Source: Octopus vulgaris
Taxonomy: Eukaryota
Reading direction: 5' to 3'
Length of the DNA stretch: 64,000 nucleotides
NCBI GenBank assembly: GCA_951406725.2
Contig: OX597831.1
Coordinates: 12,214,001-12,278,000, forward strand
A program made the translations under genes and the position numbers. Within the stretch, counting starts at the first letter, position 1; each line of letters starts with the position of its first letter. The notes under the pieces are model-generated. The model made no database searches. It was not told the origin of the DNA and worked only from the letters and a program-made list of their open reading frames with translations. Of this stretch, positions 41,710 to 54,387 are shown piece after piece.

Positions 41710-42335
41710 TTCTTTTACTTGCTTCAGTCATTTGACTGCAGCCATGCTGGAGCACCACCATTAGCCAAACAAATTGATCCTAAGACTTATTCTTTGTAAG
41801 CCTAGTACTTATTCTATTGGTGTCTTTTGCTGAACTGCTAAGTTACAGGGTCACAAACACACCAACATTGGTTGTCAAGTGATGGTGGGGGGACAAACAC
41901 ACAGACACACCCACAAATATATATACAATGGGGTTCTTTCAGTTTCCATCTGCCAAATCCACTCACAAGGGTTTGGTCGGCCCAGGGCCACAGTAGAAGA
42001 CACATGCCAAAGGTGCAATGCAGTGGGACTGAACCTGGAACCATGTGGTTGGGAAGCAAGCTTCTTACCACAAAATCACTTGCATGACAGTAATACTCAT
42101 ATATCTGTGTGGGTGGGGGTGATGTCTTTGTGTTTGTGTATGTCCCCCACGAATGCTTGACAACTGGTGTTCTTGTGTTTACATCCCCATAACTTAGCAG
42201 TTCAGTAAAAGAGACTGATAGAATACATAACCATTTTATAAAAATAAAAAAAAGGAAAAATACAGGCATTGATTCATTTGGCTAAAAATTCTGCTGAGTG
42301 ATGCCCTAGCTGGGCTCCAGTCTAATGACTGAAAC

Positions 42336-42336
<1 letters not shown>
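41710..42336. mobile_element. Full minus-strand tRNA/CORE-like SINE abutting a plus-strand 3' half (inverted pair)
   Basis: 41710-42085 is reverse; ~42100-42336 is a forward 3' module. Confidence 0.75.
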
Positions 42337-42373
<37 letters not shown>

Positions 42374-42949
42374 ACATATGTGTGTGTGTTTGTTTATATA
42401 TGTGTGTGTGTGAGTATATGTATGTATGTGTGTGTGTGTGTGTGTGTATGTATATATAAACAAATGCCTTTTAAACATGGGACTGATGGGTCAGGAATGA
42501 CTTAGGCTGAACAACAACATCCCCGCCCACTTCCATACAGTCTAGACAAAAAACAAAACAACAAAAAAACAAAACAACATATACAGAAAATTAGCAGCAG
42601 TATCAATCACCTCATTAGCTGCTGAACAGTGCCGGGATGTAAGCGATCAATGATAAGTGCAGAAGAACGGCGACTGTTGCATTGTAACAAAGTCCACTTT
42701 GTTGGCTTCTACAGACGTAGGCTGTTCAGTGGAGTGAGTGCATTTCAGACTTAATTATGCAATTAACGAATGTGTGTAGAAACGCAAAGTATGGTTCTTT
42801 GTTAGGTGGAGAAGACCCAGTTTATCTGAACGATAGGTCTCTAAGTTGTACCTCATTATTAGACCCGTATGCCAAGGGTGTGTTCAATCTGAGATTACTT
42901 GGGGTTACATAACAGTTATAACACAAATTATGTAGTGCACACTGCTAAT

Positions 42950-43448
42950 ATTGGTTCCAAATTTTGCCACAAGGGCAGCAATTTTGGAGAAAGGGCCAAG
43001 TTGATTACATTGACTCCAGTGTTCAACTGGTACTGATTTTATCTACGCCGAAAGGATGAAAGGTAAAGTTGACCCCAGTGGCATTTGAACCCAGGACATA
43101 AAGACAGATAAAATGCTGCTAAGCATTTTACCCAAAACACTAATGATGCTGACCATTAACTGCCCTAAAGACCCTCAGATAACATCAGTAGAACAGAAAA
43201 GAGAGCTGGAGCTAATTAACAACGAAAACACTAATATCAGTTTCACATTTTGGCACAAGACCTGCAGTTATGAGGGGAGGGGTTAAGTCGATTACATCGA
43301 CCCCAGTGTTCAACTGGTACTTATTTTATCAACCCTAGAAGGATGAAAGGTGAAGTCAATCTTAGTGGAATTTGAATTCATTTAGAACATAAATACAAAT
43401 GAAATGCTGCTAAGCAGTTTCCTCAGAATACCAACAATACTACCAGCC
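42950..43448 (-). mobile_element. Two Nin-core SINEs
   Basis: Same core (gaaaggatgaaagg..aagt), with tail ttttggcacaag. Confidence 0.75.
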
Positions 43449-43710
43449 CCCCCCCCCCCCAACTCACAGCAACAATACTAATCTCAAGCGAACCGCTATG
43501 AGATCACTAATCTGGATAAACTCAACCATCCAATTTCTTTTAAATTCCACTTGTCATAACAAAAGTGGTCATGTTTGATAATGTAGACTGTGGTATGTGA
43601 TACAAGTGAGCAAGACAGCTTTGGCAGACGACCTCTTTTGTCCATTGCTCTGTTCCATCAGATTTAATCTTAGGTTAAATGGCAAAACAGAATTTTTAAA
43701 AAAGTGCAAC

Positions 43711-44026
43711 AGGTGCCGGTGTGGCTGAGTGGCAAGAAGCTTTGCTTCCCAACCACATGATTCAGGAGTTCTGTCTCGCAGCATGGCACCTTAGGCAAGT
43801 GTCTTGTACCATAGCCTTGGGCTGACCAAAACCTTGTGAGTGGATTTGGCAGATGGAAACTGAAAGAAGCTCACCGTGTATACATATGTGCATGCATGTG
43901 TGTGTATTTCTGTTTTTGTTTGTCCTCCACCATAGCTAGAAATACTGGGGTTGATTTGTTTGGCTCATATTCTTCAAGGTGGTGTCCCAGCATGGCCATG
44001 GTCTAATGACTGAAACAAGAAAAAGA
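43711..44026 (+). mobile_element. tRNA/CORE-like SINE
   Basis: Same family. Confidence 0.8.
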
Positions 44027-44034
44027 TGCCCTTC

Positions 44035-44399
44035 ATTACCTCTGCCTTAGCAAAGGCGGAGGTATTGTTTTCAGTTGTTTTGTTTGTCTGTCTGTGGACA
44101 AGGTGTCTCAAGAACTGCTGGATGGATTCGTATGAAACTTTCAGGGATATTTGGCCTCATGACTGACACAAACTGATTAGATTTTGGGATCAATCTGGTA
44201 CCAGACAAGGATTCTGGATTATTTCTCCTGTTTTTCACTTAATTTATGAGAGTGGTCGGGTTCATTTTTAGTATTCTCGTTTATGAGAGCGGTTGAGTTT
44301 ATTTCAGATATTCTCAATTTAAAAATCATCTCTGGCTAATTATTGAGAGGACATTGGTGTTGCCTTGGTGGAGGTTTGCGTTCTCTGAGTGCTCTTGTT
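44035..44399 (+). mobile_element. Helentron-associated non-autonomous element (HINE/DINE-1-like)
   Basis: 5' tacctctgcc...ggcggaggta palindrome, (gtct/gttt)n microsatellite, 3' subterminal inverted repeat ggtggaggt and terminal stem-loop gcgttc-tct-gagtgc. Confidence 0.75.
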
Positions 44400-44404
44400 A
44401 ATAT

Positions 44405-45290
44405 TGCTCTAACTTTCCCAGCTTCAACCAAAACTAGCTTCATCATGTTGTAGCCTCTTCACCTTCCTTGTAGCAATTTCTAACAATACTGCTACGTCAC
44501 TTACAAGAGATAATGTCTTACTGCACAGGAGTGGGAAATATAAGCAACAGAGTTCCAGTGCTGTGTAAATCATAGGCTCTCGGTGGTGTGAAAAGTAAAA
44601 CCAGTCTTCGCAATATTTTAATGAAGAGCATAGGGTAAAACCAAACAATGGAAAAGATCATTGCCCGGAAACCTTCTGTACTTATAGCACCACCAATGCC
44701 ATCCATGGAACAACAGATGTGTGGACTCATCTCATTATTTGGCAGATAATCCAGCTGCTGTAGATGTTCTCATTGAGATCTAACAACATATACCTAGCCC
44801 AAGCTAAGTAAATTTAAAATCTACATACAGTGAAGAGCATTGTGGTTTGTTTGAAGCATTGTAGTACAGAAAGTTGAAAAAACCTTTATATTTTAGGTGC
44901 AAAGGTCTTTCTACTGGCACAAGCACCAGACTATCCAAAATATCAAAATCTATGTAAATACACATTTCTTTGACTGTATTCTTCTGAAAATAGGCCTTTG
45001 TAATATAAAGGTTTTTGAAAACTTTTAGCATTGTAAGATTTCCTTATTTCTCTTTTCACTCATTCTTCTTCTTCTGTATTTGGCATTTTCTTTGAAGACA
45101 AATAAATGAGTGGAAAACCAGTGAAGAACCACATATTCAGCAGGGGGAAGCAGGCCTATTGTAAACTATATCAGCTCCAACTGACTGCTTTTTATCAGAA
45201 GAACCAGGAACTTGAAGATGTTGGTGACGGTCTGCATCAGCAAAAAATTAATCCATAAGAGATTTCATACAATTCAATAAGTTTGATTAC
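44405..45290 (-). pseudogene. Heavily decayed hAT (Buster/Charlie-like) transposase
   Basis: In order: WARY..LNEN (FVRY-like), CCSMDG..A...GFRA (CTDGA-like), HHREPM (HCxxHRE-like) and LQHDEA..WL..GK (HTEVRWLSRG-like). Many stops and frameshifts. Confidence 0.5.
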
Positions 45291-46186
45291 CATGGTGATT
45301 GGTGATAGCTAAAGTTTCAGAATTTCACTCATCAACTGAGAGTGAGGAAGAGAGAATGGAGGAAGTGGGGGAAACAAAGAAGGGGACAGACAGAGAAGAG
45401 GAAGAGGAGAATAGAAGTGAGGAGAAAGGGAGGGAGAGGGAAGGATGAAAAAGAGAGGAAGAGGAGATAGGAAAAGAGGGAGTGGAAAAAGAGAGGAAAA
45501 GAGAGAGAGGGAGAGAAAGTGGTTTTGTTACTTTGGTGATTAGCTAATAAAGAAAAACATCAGTGATAACACAGTTAAATTTTTTTTTTTTTTCGTTACC
45601 GACAAAGGGCACACAAGGTGCAAAATATCAAGATTCATCACTCTTCATGTCAAGTGAACTTATCAAACACCTTTATGAACTTTATAGGTTTATTTGTTAA
45701 GTCTTATAGGAGGCTACTTATTTTGAGACACGTGAATAAAAACAGAGATTTATGTTTCGATATTGCTCAAAGGATCCATTTGTTACTGTGATTCATTGCT
45801 AGAACAATTCCTTTCAATAGAGAATGGAATATAAATAAGAATACCATATTATACACAACAATAAATCTTCCAGTAATTGATACGTAAGCAGTAAACATAA
45901 TATATCAAAGGTTTAGCTATTTGATTTTTCTTTCTGTTACCAAACTATAATGAAAATGTTCCTTGATCTTCTTAATATTCATTAAGTAACCACTGTGTAA
46001 TCTAGTGACAGGAATAAAAGTGTGTGTCATGACATAGACATGACTAGGCAGTAAATTTAACTTTGCAATCATGTAATTCTGGGTTCAATCCGACAACACA
46101 GTACCTTAAGCAAGCCTCATCTTAACCAATACTGCATTAGCGGAACTTGTTAGAGAGAAACTATGCAGAAGACCATCATGTGTTAT

Positions 46187-46399
46187 ACTCTTTTACTTGT
46201 CTCAGTCATTTGACTGTGGCCATGCTGGAGCACCACCTTTTAGTCAAATAAATCCATCCCAGGACTTATCCTTTGTAAGCCTAGTACTTATTCTATCGGT
46301 CTCTTTTTGCCAAACTGCTAAGTGACGGGGATGTAAACACACCAACATCAGTTGTCAAGCAATGATGGGGGACAAACACTGACACAAACAACAAATGCA

Positions 46400-46436
<37 letters not shown>

Positions 46437-46545
46437 CAGGCTTCTTTCAGTTTCCGTCTACCAAATCCACTGACAAGGCTTTGGTCGGCTTGTGGCTATA
46501 GTAGAAGACACTTGACCAAGGTGCCATGCAGTGGGACTGAACCCA
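46187..46545 (-). mobile_element. tRNA/CORE-like SINE, 5'-truncated
   Basis: Same family. Confidence 0.8.
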
Positions 46546-46981
46546 TTCTAGCATAGGCATTGAAATTTTCAGACTAAAATATACAGCCAAAAGAGGTTGA
46601 GAAACTTATAGAGGAAGAAGAATTTTAGAGGACCAAGAATTCCATGTGAAGTGCAACAGGATTTGGAAAGAAAGCGATGGAATCTGAATGCTTATACTGC
46701 ATACAATACTAACTCTTATATTGGAAAATACTGTGTGTGTGTATATATGTGTGTGTATGTGTGTGCGTGAGTCTTTTGCTAATATGCAACAGTGAAGGAT
46801 ATATACATCAGCATTGTTTAAAAAAAATGCATTACAGATCTGCACTGAGCTGCACAGATATCTTCTTGATGCTCTCACCTTCAGAAATTCCACAAATCAG
46901 TGACTGTTCAAGTGGAAACCTATAACTTAAAATCACATTTTCAGCAATTGCAATAGCAGATGAAATAAAATAAAATCTCAC

Positions 46982-47134
46982 CTTTCGAGGTAATTTGATG
47001 ATCCAAGATGGTGGAATGATGATGTTACTGTGGACGCCAAGGGTACATTGTTCTTCAAAGTGTCGCATCATAAAGCAAGTGATTTTATTGTGGTAAGCCA
47101 TTTTGCACCAGGAACAACTGATAGCAATGATTTC
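46982..47134 (-). CDS. DGKZ: Diacylglycerol kinase type IV (zeta/iota-like), internal exon: C-terminal part of second C1 domain
   Basis: 153-nt exon with tttcttgttgcag| acceptor and |gtgaga donor, phase 0/0. Translates [51 protein letters not shown], matching the recalled DGKZ/DGKI segment [43 protein letters not shown]. Confidence 0.96.
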
Positions 47135-47317
47135 CTGCAACAAGAAAATGGTTACATGAAAATATTTTCAAATAGATCACAATGAATTTTTCTTTGTTTA
47201 TATTGATTTCAGCCACTAAGACTGTTGCCAAGCTGGGGCACTGCTTTCAGAGGCATTTAGTTAATTTTATTGACCCAAGTATTTTGTCTTATTTTTATTT
47301 CATCATATATTTATATA

Positions 47318-47383
47318 TACTTTATTTAAAGCAGCAGAAAATTCAACAAAACCTGTTACTCTGAGTTTCACATTCCCATTCGT
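47318..47383 (-). mobile_element. PLE-type 3' tail with truncated hammerhead (3' half)
   Basis: Minus strand reads ACGA-atgggaatgt-GAAAC-tcaga-GTA-acagg...aaataaag. The CTG of CTGACGA and the 5' strand of stem I are missing. Confidence 0.55.
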
Positions 47384-47699
47384 AAATAAGATTCTGGTAA
47401 AAACCTTGTCGTATGCTATGTAAAGCTTTCCCACAGTTATTGGCTACCTGAGGTCATCATACAATGGAAATGCTTCTGCTACTGGATATATCGAAACAAA
47501 TGTAGTGATTTTAAATACTGAAAGTGAAAATGTTGTTCAAACCATTTCTATTATCTGTCTGTCTGTATGTATATAAATGTGAGTGTGTGTGTTTGTGTGT
47601 GTGTGTGTATATATATATACACACATGTGCATATATATTGCTTGTTTTTATGTTCAGTTATAATAATAGCAATTTTAAATTAATCTGATAGGTTACTTT

Positions 47700-48380
47700 A
47701 TACTTATGTAGAGTACAAATTTATTATTCTTATACAAGATTGTCGTTGATAATGACTTTGGTCAAAACCAGTCAAGCTATCGTTGAACTGCTGTGCATCA
47801 GAGTTAGTCTTGCTTTTATATAATCTCTGTTGGGTTAAAAGCATCTTTGGGTGTGTAGGTGGTGATTAGGTGTTTGCTGTCAGCTGTTATGGAAAGGTGT
47901 TTTTGAAAAAATTTTATTGATTAAATTTCAGCTTATGCTATTGTTTAGAAATTATTCATATTTGGTAGAACTTTGAAAACAAGCTTGTAAGTGTTTCTTT
48001 TCATTTGTTAGATAGGCATAAGCTGTGACAGTAATTTTGTTGCTTTTAGTATTATTGGATATGATTCCTTTGCTTTGACAAAATAAAGGTCATGATACAA
48101 AGTTCAATACTTAATCCCTTACAAATTGGGTGTGTCAACTTTGTTTTCACAAAAGAATATAGGTAGGTGGTAAGTAAGTTTAGGCTGGTCCTGTCTTTAC
48201 TTGTGGTTATTGTTATTTTGAGTATTTCCAGGTTTTCATTTGTATGGTTGGGGTTATAGGTCAGGCATGTTATGGCTTTGTTAGTATAGAAAATTATTTC
48301 TCTTGTGCTTTGATGTTCACAAACATATTTGAGTAAAGATTCTACTTTTATATGTTTCTCTCTAAAAGTTCATTGTTCTA
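47700..48380 (-). pseudogene. Decayed LINE AP-endonuclease-like fragment
   Basis: Minus frame IIFYTNKAITC...NENLEILKITITTSKDRTSLNLLTTY resembles APE domain spacing. Weak. Confidence 0.35.
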
Positions 48381-48441
48381 TAAGCAATTTGATTAGTCTA
48401 TGTGTACATATGTGAATGTGTGTGTGTATATATATATATAC

Positions 48442-48497
<56 letters not shown>

Positions 48498-49014
48498 GAG
48501 ACATGATTATAGACTGCTGATTTCAAAGAGAATTTCTCAAATTTATTACAGTCTTTCTATATTTTAAACATTGTTGGTTTGATTTGATATGAATTCAACT
48601 CAATTATATCACAATATTTTTTTGTTCGTTATTTTATAATTTTGAAACTGTTGACCTTTAATCAGATTGATAGAAAATATTTTAAAGAAATTTATTTGTG
48701 AATTACTTTGTGACCTTTAACTGTAAGAATTAAATAAATTGTTGCTTAACCAGAGATTAAATTATAAGTACATGTTTTTATTTTCCAACAAAGTGAAATA
48801 TACTAATTAACAGAGTAATCAAATCATAAAGAATCAAACAAAACATGAAAATATGCTAAGACTGGAACCCATGTTTATAAATGTTGTCAGTGCAACATTG
48901 TAACAAACACTCTCATGTGAATACTGCATGTGACTGGTTTCAAAGAAAAACCAAAGACACTCTAAAACTGATGAATTTCAGTATCAACACACACACACAC
49001 TCTCTCTCTAAATA

Positions 49015-49049
<35 letters not shown>

Positions 49050-49077
49050 CAGTGGTTATGTCAGTGTGCCTATATGA

Positions 49078-49708
49078 TAGAGTGAAAATGATTTGAGAGA
49101 AAAACTGTGAACACAAGGTAGTAGATGTAGTGTGCAAGAGAGAAAACTGCGCTGGTACAGTTATGTAATGCATAAGGATGAGGCCAGCCACATCAAATAC
49201 TGATCTCAAATTGTGGTGGGCATGTGCAGAGGGGTAGACCCAGGAAGATGTGTGATGAAGTGATGAGAAAGGATCTTCAGATGTTGGGCCTCACAGAGGG
49301 GATGACAAGGGACTAAGACTTCTGGTGGTTTGCTGCACTTAAGAAGATACTTCAAGCTAAGTAAAATCATGGTTGTCCTTGCATTCAGTCATGTTCCCTA
49401 CATCCGTCTTCGGGTCAGCAATCCTAATCGTGCAGGCTCATGGGTACTGGTACCACATAAAAAAAAAGCACCCATAATGATGCCATGTAAAAGCACCCAT
49501 GTCAGTGCTGCACAAAAGTACCCCTGCCGGTGCTGCATAAAAGCACCCAGTACACTCTGTAGAGCAGTTGGCATTAGGAAGGGCATCCAGCCATAGAGAC
49601 CATGCCAGAACAGACACAGAACCTGGGAAGCGCTCCAGTTGACCAGCTCCGGCCAAACTGTTCAACTCATGCCACCATGGAAAATGGATGTTAGAAAATG
49701 ATGATAAT
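49078..49708 (+). mobile_element. RTE-clade LINE 3' end (degenerate ORF end, 3' UTR, (GAT)n tail)
   Basis: Broken translation resembles VQERKLRWY.YVM..DE / RGRPRK..DEVMRKDLQMLGLTEGMTRD..FW. It is followed by aaaagcaccc modules, ggcattaggaagggcatccagc and an atgatgat tail. Confidence 0.8.
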
Positions 49709-49857
49709 GTGTGTGTGCCTATGTATGTATATATGCTTATATGCGTCTATATGTATACATTTATGTACATTTGAGCACCTATGGATGTATACTTTTGTTC
49801 CTGTGTTTTATATTGATACATATGTCTATGCATGCATGTGAATCCATGAACATAATA

Positions 49858-50222
49858 AGGTGCAGGCATGGTTGTGTGGTAAGAAGCTTGCTTCCCAACC
49901 ACATGGTACCAGGTTCAGTCCCACTGCGTGGCACTTTGGGCAAATGTCTTCTACTATAGCCTTGAGTGGATTTGGTAGACGGAAACTGAAAGAAGCCCAT
50001 CTGTGTGTGTGTGTATGTATGTTAGTGTGTCTGTGTTTGTCCCCACCACCAATGCCTGACAACTGACGTTGGTGTGTATAGTCCCCGTAATTTAGTGGTT
50101 CGGCAAAAGGGACCGATAAAATAAGTACTAGGCTTACAAAGAATAAGTGCTGGGGTGATTTGTTCAACCAAAAGTTGTGCTCCAGCATGGCTACAGTCAG
50201 ATGACTCAAACAAGTAAAAGAA
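49858..50222 (+). mobile_element. tRNA/CORE-like SINE, full length
   Basis: Same family, with gtggcactttgggcaaatgtctt CORE-like segment. Confidence 0.85.
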
Positions 50223-50302
50223 TAATGTATTGATGAGTGTGGATATATGTATGCGTATGCGTTTGTACATATTGTATTTCTGTTCACTAGCACTCTCGGT
50301 TA

Positions 50303-50316
50303 CGTATGTGTGTATG

Positions 50317-50407
<91 letters not shown>

Positions 50408-50415
50408 TATATATG

Positions 50416-50457
<42 letters not shown>

Positions 50458-50525
50458 TATACATATATATATATATCTATCTTTAAATCTTCCTTATGTG
50501 TTTATTTATTTATTTATTTATTTAT
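50303..50525. repeat. (TA)n/(TATG)n/(TTTA)n compound microsatellite
   Basis: Directly visible. Confidence 0.95.
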
Positions 50526-51106
50526 TCATCTATAGAATGATGTAACAAGCAAACCATTTGCGAAATATGCATTATCCAGGTGACATAGCAATTGTTTATA
50601 TAATTTGTTCCAGAACAATTCAGGAAAATACCATTATCACTGGTATATAAATATATGACCCCTTGATTTGAAACCAATTTGGTAAATGCCAATGCATGAA
50701 ACACATGGTCCTGGAGTCACTCAGTAACTTATGCCGGTTATTAATAAAAAATGTGTATATATTCATATATACACGAAAGAGCCTATATGTAGTTAAATGT
50801 ATGGCATTGATAATCAATATTTTATCTTCGCTTACATAAAGCGTATCACACTTTACCACGAGAAAATACTGAATATTTTATACCCGTAATCCACACCATT
50901 CATACTCTACATACATGATGTGTGTTTACATATGATGGGTAATTGGATATATATATATATATGTGGATGTATATATATGTGTGTCCATATATATGCAATC
51001 AAACACAAACACTGGCACACACACATATATATATATATGTATATATATATGTATAACGAAAGGCACTCAATATGGAAGCAGAGTGTAAATATTTATCAAA
51101 GAGCTA

Positions 51107-51142
<36 letters not shown>

Positions 51143-52958
51143 CTGTCTTTCTGTCTTCTTACGCACAAGTTCAGAGTTTCACATAAGCTACTGATCGCAT
51201 AACTGGTTTACGATATGTTAGACACAATATTTATAACGAATAATTCATGAGGAGTCAGTCATTGACTGGGAAATGAGTCAGCCGCAAGCAAAGCTAAGTG
51301 AAATCGTGGCCATCATACATGCATGCATATCTTTGAAAGCCACGCCACACCACCATCACCACCACCACCACATTATCCGACCTCTGTCCGAACTCCCTCA
51401 TCTTCCCAACACTTGCTGTAGCCCCTCCTCTCCATTTTCTCTCTCATGTGCCTATCTGCACACTCTTCATGTCCTCACATATCTTTCCTACCCCACTCAT
51501 CATCAGCCCTCATACCCTCTATGGAACATCTCCCTCTATCCCCTCCGTATCATTCATACTACTCCCACTGTTCTCTGTAATAGGCCTCCCCCCCATACAT
51601 CTCCTGCACCACTTATTTCTCTCTCTCTCTCTCAATCTGTCTCTCTATTTCTCCCTCTAAACTCTTCCCACCTTCGATCTCCTACTATGTCTGTCCCCCT
51701 ATTATGCCTTAACCTCTTGCCTAGTACACAACCCGCTTCCCTTTGCTTCACTTTCTCACTCAACTAAGAGGTCCTTGTCCACAAAGTTACTTGGTGACCC
51801 AACTGGTGCCATGTGAAAAAAACACTTGTGCTGGTACCACATAAAAAGCAGTCAGTACACTCTGTAAAGTGAGTGGCACCAGGAAGGACATCCAGCTGTA
51901 GAAACCATGCCAAAACAGATGATTTGATCCTGGTACAGCTCTCTGGTTTACCAGCTTATGCCATCATCATCACTAAATGATGATGATGATAAGTTTCGAG
52001 ATAAAAATTCTATGTGGTGAATCAGAGTGAAAAAAATTTAAAAAAAAGGAAAAGTCACAGAAATTTTATGTTGACAGTTTTGTCTCAACTGAGCACCTTG
52101 GTCAAGTGTCTTTTACTATAGCTTCAGGATGACCAAAGCCTTTGTGGATAGACTTGGTAGATGGGAACTGAAAGTAGCCCATTGCATATGTGTATATGTA
52201 TGCATGTGTGTGCCAACTGGTTTCATTTATGCTAATCACGACTAAGTAGTTATGTTACAATTTCATGCTATCTTAAGTTTTCAATCCATGTTAATAGGAG
52301 GAGGGACATTTTGTAAATGACTCATGAGGCAAAATACATGTATGCAACAATAGAGAAGGAAATTTCATGAAAATTCAGACATTTTGCATCCATTTTTCTA
52401 TATTTCTATCTATTTCTCTTTCTCAGATATCATCATCATGATTCTAACATTCACTTTTCCATGCAGGCATCGATCAGATGGAGTTTATTGAAGCAGATGA
52501 GTGGGCACCCTTCCTATTGCCAACACTCACCTCAAGTATCTTTTATAATAGAAGACCCTTACCTAAGGGACCATGCAGTGATGCCTAGGGCAAGTGAATC
52601 CTATTGTAGTGCTGTGGTTGGGAAGTCAACTTCATACCACACAGCTAAGTCTAAGCTTACATATATATCATAGAAAGAAAAGGAAAAACCCACCAAATAA
52701 AAATACAGGCTGATAGATAGTTGGATAGAGAGATAGCACAGTTGGACCTAAAAGGCACTCAATCAGTTTCTACATAAGTGTTTTTGCTGAAAGCCAAAAG
52801 AAGACCTACTCAAGTGTACATGTGACTGTGCAGGTATGGTGAAGAAGTTTGCTTTGCAACCACACAGTTCCAGAGCAAGAGTCTTCACTTATAGCCTTAG
52901 GGTGACCAAATCCATGTGAGTGAATTTGGTAAGCAGTAATTGAAAGAAGTCCATTTTA

Positions 52959-52998
<40 letters not shown>

Positions 52999-53689
52999 CT
53001 GAGATTGAAAAGAAACATTAAACTAAGTAAAAACATGGTGGCCCTTGTATACAGGCTTTCCCTTGCAAAGCTCTCCAGCAGAGCATCCCTAATGTTGTGG
53101 GCTTGTAAGTGCTGGTGCCACACAAAAAGCATCCATGATGGTGCTGAATAAAAGCACTCAGTAAACTCTGTAAAGTGGTTGGCGTTAGGAAGGGATCCAG
53201 TTGTAGAAACCATGGCAAAATAGACATGGAGCCTCAGCTCCTGTCAAACTACCCAACCCATGCCATCATGAAAAATAGACGTTAAATGATGATGATGATG
53301 ATGATGGAGGAGTGGATATGTGTTTTAAAGTCTCCCTGTCTTGACATCGTATGACAGTTGCAAACGAGTGTGACAGTCATACATGCTGTGTTGTTCCTTT
53401 CTAACATTTTGAAAAAATATACATGGCAATGGGAAAATATCACTTGGCTTGGAAACAGGTGAGGGTTAGCATAAAGAAGGGCATATGATCATAGAAAATC
53501 TGTCTTGATAAACTTTAGGTGACCCGTGCAAACACGGAAATGTGGATATTAAAATGATGAAGATGGAAAAGAGAGAGGAAGAAGATATTTTTCAGACAGT
53601 TTATCTAAGATTACATCGTCCGACATGTCTTTTTTCCCTTTTAAGATGGATTATGGTTTGAGAAACATTTGATTGCTATTTCTATCTGT

Positions 53690-54356
53690 AAAAGCTGGTT
53701 AAGATCAAGCAAATGACAAGCAAGTCTGTAGTAATGAGTGGAATATTTGCTGTAGCCTATCTTTTACACCAAGACAAATCATGATAACACTTCCAATCAG
53801 TAATGATCAGAAGCCATGAGAGCCACTGCCTGGCACTGCATCAGGGCATTTACTATTATTAAGTGAGAGAACAGTGCATGTCATCAAAGTGACAATGGGG
53901 TACAAATATATGAAGCCCAATATACCCATCCGATAAGGGTACAACACACGCGCATGACATGGCAATCTCATATCAACAGTGCATGACCTTGCAGGTAGGG
54001 CCCAGTTAGAATTTTCTGTAGGTTGAGTAACCCATCCCACTCAAAAGGTCCCCAAATAAGGGTTGTTTAAGGATGTTGAATGAAATACCCAGGCTACCAC
54101 AGGTGAATTAAATCCCAAAGAATTCCTCTCAACACATGGCTCTGATCACTTCTACTTGTGATCAGAGATGCACATATCGTCAGCCACCAAGGGACAGGGT
54201 CAACTGGTTATGGTCAAACAACTGACAAGCAAATCCGTGGTATTGAGCAGAATATTTGCTGTAGTCCATCTTTTATACCAAGACAAAACAATGTACATGA
54301 TAACACTTCCAATCAGTTAAGATCAGAAGCCATGAGAGCCACTGCCTGGTACTGCA

Positions 54357-54357
<1 letters not shown>
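53690..54357 (-). mobile_element. ~530-bp non-coding interspersed repeat (1.3 tandem copies) bounded by (TAA)n
   Basis: Reverse complement of 58512-59045. 53690-53850 repeats 54200-54357. Confidence 0.85.

Positions 54358-54387
<30 letters not shown>

Noticed and set aside
42611-42708. 98-nt AG/GT-bounded open frame (KPTKWTLLQC...) as a DGK exon
   Set aside because: No DGK similarity and no polypyrimidine tract. It would frameshift between two phase-0 exons that already join collinearly.
51273-51767. 164-aa His/Pro/Ser-rich ORF
   Set aside because: Pyrimidine-rich low-complexity part of a repeat adjoining an RTE-type tail.
52770-52806. Minus-strand GFQQK resembling the preceding DGKZ micro-exon
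   Set aside because: No suitable acceptor or donor around it. Probably coincidence.
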